A stretch of DNA of 63,989 nucleotides, filler included, from Octopus bimaculoides (taxonomy: Eukaryota), in the NCBI RefSeq assembly GCF_001194135.2. It is 5 parts of 5 records of this genome, joined end to end, with 100 filler letters (N's around TTAATTAATTAA, not from the genome) between each part and the next. Parts side by side here need not be neighbours in the genome. Positions count along the whole stretch, not along the records: positions 28,402 to 55,354 come from NC_068989.1; positions 55,455 to 62,693 come from NC_068982.1; positions 62,794 to 63,989 come from NW_026306871.1; 2 more parts are not named here. One strand, written 5' to 3'. The first letter of the stretch is position 1, and the number at the start of each line of letters is the position of its first letter. Under the pieces are notes generated by a model. The model ran no database searches, was not told the DNA's origin, and worked only from the letters and a program-made list of their open reading frames with translations. Shown in pieces: positions 55,244 to 63,989 of this stretch. The position numbers and the translations under genes are program-made.

Positions 55244-55354
55244 CTTCTTCTTCTTCTTCTTCTTCTTCTTCTTCTTCTTCTTCTTCTTCTTCTTCTTCTT
55301 CTTCTTCTTCTTCTTCTCCTTCTTCTTCTTCTTCTTCTTCTTCTCCTTCTTCTT
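55244..55354. repeat. (TTC)n microsatellite
   Basis: Directly visible; it runs into an artificial spacer. Confidence 0.97.
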
Positions 55355-55454
55355 NNNNNNNNNNNNNNNNNNNNNNNNNNNNNNNNNNNNNNNNNNNNTT
55401 AATTAATTAANNNNNNNNNNNNNNNNNNNNNNNNNNNNNNNNNNNNNNNNNNNN
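55355..55454. other. Artificial 100-bp spacer
   Basis: Same layout; linker at 55399-55410. Confidence 0.96.
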
Positions 55455-56700
55455 TTCATTTTTGCAGATAAATATTTAGTAATTCTATAATTGTGATTTT
55501 CAGAATAAATCAAGAAACTTCTTGGCGCCAACTTACTCCATTTTCAGTTCTTTCTGGATAGTCTGGAGGTACGTTGGTCGTTGGCATCCTCAGAACTGAG
55601 ATCCGGGGACAATCAGATCAAATAAAAGCTGGTTCTCCCTTCAGGTTTGAACTGTCAACGAAAAAAAATGACAAAGTATTTTATTGACGTTTCGAAATAT
55701 GTCCAGAATATAAAGAAGACAGATAAAGGTTGTGAACCCAAAGCGTTTCGCCCCCCCGCTATCCCTCATTTTTTTTTTTTTTTTACGATCGTCATCATTT
55801 TTGCTTATTTGTCTAGGTTTGAAGTAATGCCTTACATATTGGTTTCAAATTTTGGCACAAGACCAGCGATTTCAGTGGAGCGGGTAGGTCGACCCCAGTG
55901 TGCAACTGATATATTATCAACCTCGAAAGGATTTCGAAAGGCAAAGTCAATCTAGGTTGCATTTGAACTCAAAACGTAAAGACGGACGAAATGTCGCTGA
56001 GCTTTTTGTCCAGCGTGCTAACGATTCCGCCTGCTCACCGCGTTAGTAGCGTCTTATATCTTAATAAAATTTACTACAGTCAACTTATTAATTTCCGTCC
56101 CCCACAATATACAGTTAGTCATTTTAGAATATTTTCAAAAGGTTTAGACATTCACGTGCTTACTATAAAACTCAACTTTAAAGATACAAAGATACACGTT
56201 AGATACATGAGAGAAACGACCGACCTTTCATGGATGGCAAAGAAAATCTATGTATTCTATCCACACGTACACGAATTTAAAACAATTTGGTTTGATTCCA
56301 TGCGGCCTTTTAACAGAAGCCTATCTCTCTCAGATTTAAAATACCAGATGGAGAAACACAGGAAGTCAACGATGACTACTCGAAAATAGGGTGCTATTGG
56401 TCAAGGTGAGACATGAAGTTGGTTAGCGACAGCAGTTCCAAAAGAAAAGGGAAATTTCTTTGAATGTATGGCTGGACAGGAAGTTAGTGACGCCTATATG
56501 TCCGGATGCAGCAAAAGACCGTTGAGTGTTAGTGTGTGTGTGTGTATATATATATGTACACACACACACACTCATAATGAAAGAAAGCCAAGAATGACCC
56601 GTCTTTTTCTTTTTGGCTGTCCTAATTGTTGTTTCTCTTGTCCGGCTTTGTATCGTCTATCTGTCCAAACGTTTTAATGCCCTCTATTGCGTTTTCATTC

Positions 56701-56749
<49 letters not shown>

Positions 56750-56759
56750 CACATACATA

Positions 56760-56960
56760 CAGGGTGCGATGAGTAAATTGTCGCCATTTTATATTTTTAA
56801 TTTAGTGTATGCATGTTTGTTCTTGATTTTGTTGCCCAGTATAGGGTCAGTTGTAGACTGTGTGAGAAAAACAGCACCAAGACGCTATTCACTCTGCCAG
56901 AAATTTGGAAACAACGTGCACTGGTTCTATTTAACTAAGAAGCGCTTCACATGTAGTTAG
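56760..56960 (+). mobile_element. Mariner-type terminal fragment
   Basis: TA|CAGGGTGCGATGAGTAAATTGTCGCC...; homologous over about 100 bp to the reverse complement of 18490-18588. Confidence 0.6.
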
Positions 56961-57289
56961 AAACACCTTTGAAAGGGGTCAGATGTCAATTACCAAGCAA
57001 TATAGGGGGGAAATGATGACAAAGACAATTACATTTTATACTCTTTAAATCATAGTATAGCTCAGTTAACTAGTCTGAGAGATGAACATTTCCCGTATGT
57101 AAAGGCCCACTAGTTTATCGAAGTAGTTTGGGGTTATCCGTCGGTCTTGACGATCAGCTTTCAATTGTTCCACCAACCGAACTTTTGACCCTGAAGTTAA
57201 CAAGTGGCCGAGTATTCCAAGTGTACCTTGAATGCAGTACTCAGGCTGGATTAGAGTCGTACAGTAAGGTGTATCTTTAAATTACAGGT

Positions 57290-58270
57290 ACAATCCTACG
57301 AGAAATAGAGAAGTGACACCTGTTCTTGACCGGTATTTTAGTGAATCTGAAAGGTTGAAAGGTAAAGTTGACTCCAGACGGATTTTGAAATTGAAGCTTA
57401 GGGAACGGAAACGAATACCACAAAGCATTCTAACCGATGCTCCAACAAGACTTGCATTCGCTGCCATATTTGTCTAATCCAGAGTTGAAATCTCTGCATT
57501 GTCTAGCGGTATAATAATGGTTTCAAACTTTAGCCCAAGGCCAAGATTTGGGGAAGCGGGTAAATCGATTGATGCTTATTTTATCAACTCCGAAAGAGGC
57601 AGAGTCAACCTCGGCAGAATTTGAACTCAGAAGGGGTGCAGACCGACGAAATGCTGTTAAGCATTTTGGCCGACGCGTTCACGATTCTGCCAACTCACCG
57701 CCTCCTTTCAGTGGTGTAATAACGGTTACAAATGTTGGCTAAAGGCCAATAAGTTCGGAGGAGGAGGGGGTAAGGCCACTGTATAACAACTGTATCTAAA
57801 TTACCATCGACCTAAGTATTTGCAGTTTGTTAATGATGGGATTTTTAAAAATTTAGAACTACATTTGTCTAAGGCGGCGAGCTGACAAAATCGTTGGCAC
57901 ATCGGACAAAATGCTTAGCGGCAGAGGTTGACTTTGCTCTTTATTCTTTAGGGGTCGATAAAATAAGTAACAAATGAACACTGGGGTCGACGTATTCGTT
58001 TAACTTACTGCCCTGAAATTGTTCGTTTCGAACCAACATTACACTCATCTAATGCGGCGAGCGGATAGAATCGTTGGTACGTCGGACAAAATGCTTAGCA
58101 TCTCTTCCGGGTTTACACTTTTAGTTCAAACCCTGACGTGGCAAACTTTACCATACGGCCTTTCGGAATCGACAAAATAACTCCCAGTTGAGCATTGGGT
58201 TCGATGTAACCGACTTGCTCCATTCTCTGAAAATGTCTGGCCTTGTGTGCTAAACTTAGAAACGATTATT
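57290..58270. mobile_element. Cluster of four family B SINEs (-,-,+,+)
   Basis: Copies at about 57290-57470(-), 57515-57705(-), 57870-58030(+) and 58060-58270(+). Confidence 0.75.
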
Positions 58271-58552
58271 ACATCAGTCTCGTGAGATGGCTCTAACATA
58301 GTAAATGTTTGCCGGAATTGGGCGGGAGGGAGCAAAAAACAAACAAGTAAAATGTAAATTAGTTTTTTGGGGTGGGTGAGTGACAAAAATCCTTTTATAA
58401 AAGGAAACGACTATCCAATTCCTTGCGCTTTTCCTTTTCCAGGAGTAGAGATAGCTATTACGAAAGTCCACGGATGGGAATTAAGGAAAGGGTGTAATAT
58501 TAAAAAAAAAAATGAACTCAGCTGAAGTCTCAAACAAAACACAGATCTAGAA

Positions 58553-58771
58553 CAATGGTTCTTAACTGTGGTTCATGTTAGATTTTGTTGTTAGAATTTA
58601 TCTGCAATAAACTGGTTATAAAATACACAAACTAATTTAATTCTTTTTATACAATTCCTTATAATATTTAATTGTAAAAATATGATTATTTTTTAAGCAT
58701 TGAATAGCTAGGGGTAAAATGAGAATCCAAAGGTGGGGTGGTCATAGATTAAAACTGGTTGAGAAATGCTG
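58553..58771. mobile_element. hAT (Charlie/Buster-like) MITE
   Basis: Ends CAATGGTTCTTAAC and GGTTGAGAAATGCTG; 8-bp TSD ATCTAGAA/ACCTAGAA with a central TA. Confidence 0.75.
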
Positions 58772-61528
58772 ACCTAGAACAAAATTTGTGTTTTACCAAA
58801 TTTGTCAGATTTTAAAACGATATCAAGTATATTTTATTAATATAAAAGCCAGGCTTTCAGCCTGGATTTACCAACACAATACTCCAGACAATATGTTAGT
58901 ATTCCATTATTGTCTATATAGATTACAAAACAAGAAACAGTGGAGTTTCGGAATAGCTATCGCTATCTCATGGGAAGGAAAATGACAAGAAGCTGGGATT
59001 TCTTTTCAAAAGTATCTTTGTGTTTTAATTTCGATTCTGAAATATTTTATCTAAAAATTTCAATTTTTAAGAAAATATTCTTGCCACCCAATTCAGCATT
59101 CTTTTCCTTTCTTATGAAGTACAAACAGCTATGGAGAAACTCCACCCAATAAATTTCGTATATATATATATGAATAAAATCTTACCAAATGACAGCCTTT
59201 TTTTTCTCTTTTTTTTTTCGACCAAGATGTAATATTTGTTATTGCCAACAAAATTCCTTCGAAATGGGAACCGAACACAATTCCATGACAATGCTTTAAA
59301 GCCAAGCAGTATTCTGTTTTTGGCCGCTNNNNNNNNNNNNNNNNNNNNNNNNNNNNNNNNNNNNNNNNNNNNNNNNNNNNNNNNNNNNNNNNNNNNNNNN
59401 NNNNNNNNNNNNNNNNNNNNNNNNNNNNNNNNNNNNNNNNNNNNNNNNNNNNNNNNNNNNNNNNNNNNNNNNNNNNNNNNNNNNNNNNNNNNNNNNNNNN
59501 NNNNNNNNNNNNNNNNNNNNNNNNNNNNNNNNNNNNNNNNNNNNNNNNNNNNNNNNNNNNNNNNNNNNNNNNNNNNNNNNNNNNNNNNNNNNNNNNNNNN
59601 NNNNNNNNNNNNNNNNNNNNNNNNNNNNNNNNNNNNNNNNNNNNNNNNNNNNNNNNNNNNNNNNNNNNNNNNNNNNNNNNNNNNNNNNNNNNNNNNNNNN
59701 NNNNNNNNNNNNNNNNNNNNNNNNNNNNNNNNNNNNNNNNNNNNNNNNNNNNNNNNNNNNNNNNNNNNNNNNNNNNNNNNNNNNNNNNNNNNNNNNNNNN
59801 NNNNNNNNNNNNNNNNNNNNNNNNNNNNNNNNNNNNNNNNNNNNNNNNNNNNNNNNNNNNNNNNNNNNNNNNNNNNNNNNNNNNNNNNNNNNNNNNNNNN
59901 NNNNNNNNNNNNNNNNNNNNNNNNNNNNNNNNNNNNNNNNNNNNNNNNNNNNNNNNNNNNNNNNNNNNNNNNNNNNNNNNNNNNNNNNNNNNNNNNNNNN
60001 NNNNNNNNNNNNNNNNNNNNNNNNNNNNNNNNNNNNNNNNNNNNNNNNNNNNNNNNNNNNNNNNNNNNNNNNNNNNNNNNNNNNNNNNNNNNNNNNNNNN
60101 NNNNNNNNNNNNNNNNNNNNNNNNNNNNNNNNNNNNNNNNNNNNNNNNNNNNNNNNNNNCTTGTCAATTAGTGGAAGGATCAAAGGTGAACCATTTTGAA
60201 ATTGTGCTTTGATCTTTTTTTGGTTTTGGTTGGATTAACTATGTCCCCTCTTAAACTATTTGTCGTCTGGTCATCATAATAATGACCATCACCACCAAAA
60301 CCAAACCCACCGCCGCCACCACTACTATGTTTCATCTCCGAAACACCTTGACATCTAACCCCCCACCCGCTTCTCTCTCCCCAATTTTACGGTGATGCCA
60401 CGACGTAAAACGAGTTGAACTGTGTGTGCTCTGCTAAAGAAGGAGCTGCTATGCTGTCGCTCGATCGGCTAGAAATAGCAGCCAAATTTTCCTCAAATCC
60501 TACTGTTTTGCCTGTTTTAAAAATGAAAGGACACGTTGAATAATACACTCATGAAGAAAGAGATGGGTTGGACATGGTAGGACCGTCTTTGATCGTAGGT
60601 CTGCTTTATTAGGGCTGGCCTGGGCCTAAAGAACAACACAAAAAAGATCTATTACCTGATAACAGTTTGTAACAGACAACGAGTGATAAGTACTTGTATG
60701 TTAACGATGATCCCTTTCTCTGTCATCCTCCATCACTTAAATGTTAAATTTTAAATGAGAAGTGGCGGTCAGATCGGAGCCTGAACATATAATTCCTGTT
60801 CCAACTAGAACGATGCGTTTAGCTTCCATTAACCAAGTTCCTGTCTGACCGTACAGATCACAAACTTGTGGTTAGATCAATCTACTACTCAGAATTGTGT
60901 CCTTATCCCCCTGGCCCAATAAATACTTTATCCAGATACAGTTTGCTTGATTTGATGCTGTTTGTCCACCTCCAAATAAGTACATCAAGGAAATCTAGTG
61001 GTTACCTGTAGAACTGTTGGAACTGCTTGAATAAATTTGATTACATCGACTCTAGTGCATAACTGGTACTTATTTAATTGACTCCTAGAGGATGAAAGGC
61101 AAAGTCGACCTCGGCAGAATTAGAACTCAGAACGTAACGGCAGGCGAAATACCGCTACGTGTACTCATCCCGGCGTGCTAATGTTTCTGCCAGCTCGCCG
61201 CTTTATTAATAAGAATATTAAAAAGAAAAACATGAAGATTGCCTCCAGTTAATTCTTCTTTCTTCATCACAGAGTCGGTCAAGGTTAAACACTTTAAAAC
61301 CATCTTAAATATTTATTTTCAATCATGGCTATTTGTCCACCCTCTTTTATCAATCCTGTCAGCCACTTCGTGAGAAGCACTGGTTCAGTATTTAGTTTAA
61401 GGTTTTTTATATCATCTTTCAATAGGAATTATTATCGAAGACTCGAAATAATCAGGGTAATTTAGAATTCGTGGCTTTTCTAGTATTGCCTCCGATACGT
61501 TAAGGATTCTATCACATAGAATATTGTA

Positions 61529-62407
61529 CAGGGTGTTTCAAAAAATTTGATATCATTTCACAATCTAATAACTTTGTCAGTTCTTGCTCAAATGACTTCA
61601 AATTTTAACAGCATGTGTAGAAACAGGCCAAAATTTTACGTTTAATGTTTGCTACGTTTATCTTTTCAGGTATAGAAATGGCATTCACTGGAAGAGAAAA
61701 GGCCTTTCGTGTATTAGAGTATGCTCGGACACAGTTGAACAAGACTGTGAAGCATACATTTGTGAGAGAGTTCTCTAAAAAGTCACCAATTGCAATGCAG
61801 ATCTGGACATGGCACAAAAAATTCAAAGAAGAAGGCTGTCTGTGCAGGGCAAAAGGATCTGGACAACAACTAACATCGGAAGAGACGGTCGAGCGGGTTC
61901 ACCAAAAACTCATGCGAAGCCCCAAGAAGTCCATAAGAAGAACAAGTCTGGAAACCCAGATACCTCCTACGACAGTTTGGCGCGTCCTGAGGAAACGGTT
62001 GCTAACGAAACCCTATAAGCTGCAGCTCGTTCAGGCCATAACGGCAGATAACTAGCGAAAGCGCAAACATGGGGCTATGTGAAGGACCTAGTCTATGTCC
62101 TCCCTCTTCCTGCAGACCTAGAGGAACTCGAGCAGAGAATCACTACCGCACTGGAGACTGTTACCCAAGACATGTTTGGGAGCAGCAGGACTACCAACTT
62201 GAAGTGTGCCGTGTCTGAGGTTGTGCGCATATTGAACGCTTGTGAAATCGTTCATGGAATCCACATACCTTTGAATTTCTCATTCAAATTTGGAGGAATA
62301 AATCTTATGTTGCTCAACATTAAGACTGTTTAGTTTCCTTTGCTTTGACTGTGTAGTTTCTGTGATATTTACATCTCAAATGATATCAAATTTTTTGAAA
62401 CAGCCTG
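61529..62407 (+). mobile_element. Tc1/mariner internal-deletion derivative with both TIRs and TA TSD
   Basis: 30-bp TIRs CAGGGTGTTTCAAAAAATTTGATATCATTT (1 mismatch) with TA on both sides. ORF 61645-62055 encodes an N-terminal HTH region (MAFTGREKAF...IWTWHKKFKEEG...PKKSIRR...VWRVLRKRL...PYKLQLVQ). It is followed by the C-terminal WGYVKDLVY motif; the catalytic domain is deleted. Confidence 0.9.
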
Positions 62408-62693
62408 TATTATCGCCACCACTTCTATTGAAGACCTAACTTAGCCTGGCTAAAATATCATTTCATACTTTTCTAGTGTCAGCTTCAATAAAAAAAATTA
62501 ATACTTTTAGATAAGGTGTTTGAGTTAGATGAGAATGGAGAGGAAGAAAATGAAATCAAGAATTTTCTTAAAGTAAACCTTGAGCAGTAAATATTTTATT
62601 GTAAATGGTTTTACTCAGCAAGTATCCCTTTTTCATAATAGCCAATGTACATAAACGGTGGCCGGTTTGTTGGTTGGTTGATTTCTTCAGTCA

Positions 62694-62793
62694 NNNNNNN
62701 NNNNNNNNNNNNNNNNNNNNNNNNNNNNNNNNNNNNNTTAATTAATTAANNNNNNNNNNNNNNNNNNNNNNNNNNNNNNNNNNNNNNNNNNNN
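62694..62793. other. Artificial 100-bp spacer
   Basis: Same layout; linker at 62738-62749. Confidence 0.96.
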
Positions 62794-63948
62794 TCCAGGC
62801 ACTTGATGTAGGCCTCCGTGTTGAGTTTGAGGCCGTGTGGGAATTGTCTGTCGGTGAATTGTCTGTCGACGAATTGTCTGCACACGAATATAACGTATGA
62901 TATAATGTTATATAAAACCAGAAGTCTTGTTAATGACAGCTACTCATAGCTGTAATTAACTGGATAGCTGCAATTAACAAGACTTGTAATTTTTATTATA
63001 ACATTATCTTTACTCTCTAAACTGGTCGGGTGTTGTTCTACTTGATGAAGACTTACCACAGTTTAGTAGGAAGCGACCATGGTTGCCTGTGTGCAAGGTC
63101 GAAGCTGAAGATTTCTAGTAGCATCCGCTACCTTTCACCCTGTTTTCAATCCTTCTCGTCACTGGACATATGAATAAAGCGTGATGGTGTTGATACTAGT
63201 GTCTTGGTTTTTTTACACAATTTGTACGGTTAATATTGTTTTAGCGGGCATGATTTTTGCAGAGTCAGTCATACACTCTCGTATTTTAAACTTGTATTGA
63301 TCAGGTGTAACAAGTGCCTTGATCCCAGTAATCAGGATGCAAGATTTGTATGGAGTTATCTTCTCTTAGTTGAACTGCTTGAGAGCGGAAGAGCTTCGTG
63401 TGCCCAGGTTTGTTGGGGTGTCTGTGACTGCCTATCTTCCCGAAGCACTTACACACACACATACATAGATACGTACATGGTACATACACGTGTGCATGTA
63501 TACATACGTACATTCATACATACATACATACCTACGTATATACATACACGTGTGCAAGTATACATACACACATGCATGCACGTGTGCATGTTTTGGACAT
63601 TAAAGCATAAGAATACCATTAGTTAATGGCACGTCGTTACATTAACATTTTCTAGGTTTCTTACATGATGTAACTCCGACTTTGCACTTAAGTCTACCCT
63701 CCGATGTGATGTTTGAATTCACAGCGCGTACGATATAGGAGTTTAATGCGGAACCAATTATCAAGCTACATACTCACAGGTAACATTCCGTGATGCTAGC
63801 AAACTATTAATGTTACTGACACACTGTCAGACAGATAGACACCGACCGACAGACAGAGACACACATAGACAGACACATACACACATGCACATTCGCACAT
63901 ATTTCATTATATAAGCATAGTATATGGGAGAATCATCAACATCGAGTA

Positions 63949-63989
<41 letters not shown>

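Noticed and set aside
55504-55568. Possible exon (TTTTCAG...GGAG|GTACGT)
   Set aside because: The peptide has no resemblance to ERG and the region looks like decayed retroelement next to a linker.
55660-55715. CGAAACGTCAATAAA (minus strand), reminiscent of a Penelope pLTR hammerhead
   Set aside because: The upstream core is reduced to CTGGA and stem II is absent; too decayed to call.
55991-56389. 132-aa ORF
   Set aside because: It starts inside a SINE, and I recognise no domain or splice structure.

Overview
AT-rich, microsatellite-dense animal genomic DNA with many N gaps. Its SINE families match those characteristic of Octopus, so it is probably an octopus assembly (inference from repeat content). 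It appears to be mostly intron of an ERG-type (KCNH2/6/7-like) voltage-gated K+ channel gene on the + strand. One clear exon (1165-1296) encodes the C-terminal half of the PAS/PAC domain, and a splice- and frame-compatible candidate next exon lies about 53 kb downstream (54654-54727). No transmembrane-domain exons were recognised. The rest is dozens of SINEs from four families, degenerate Tc1/mariner, pogo, hAT and MITE elements, R4/Dong-like, RTE and Penelope-like LINE fragments, a 28S rRNA fragment and simple repeats. Four 100-bp N44-TTAATTAATTAA-N44 spacers are artificial joins, so adjacency across them is not guaranteed. The most notable observations are: recurrent fold-back elements built from head-to-head SINE-like modules; hammerhead-ribozyme-like motifs, one beside a Penelope fragment; and a TIR-intact mariner derivative whose splice acceptor is in frame with the channel PAS exon. 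Most ORFs in the supplied track are artefacts of N runs and microsatellites. Repeat boundaries were set by eye and are approximate.
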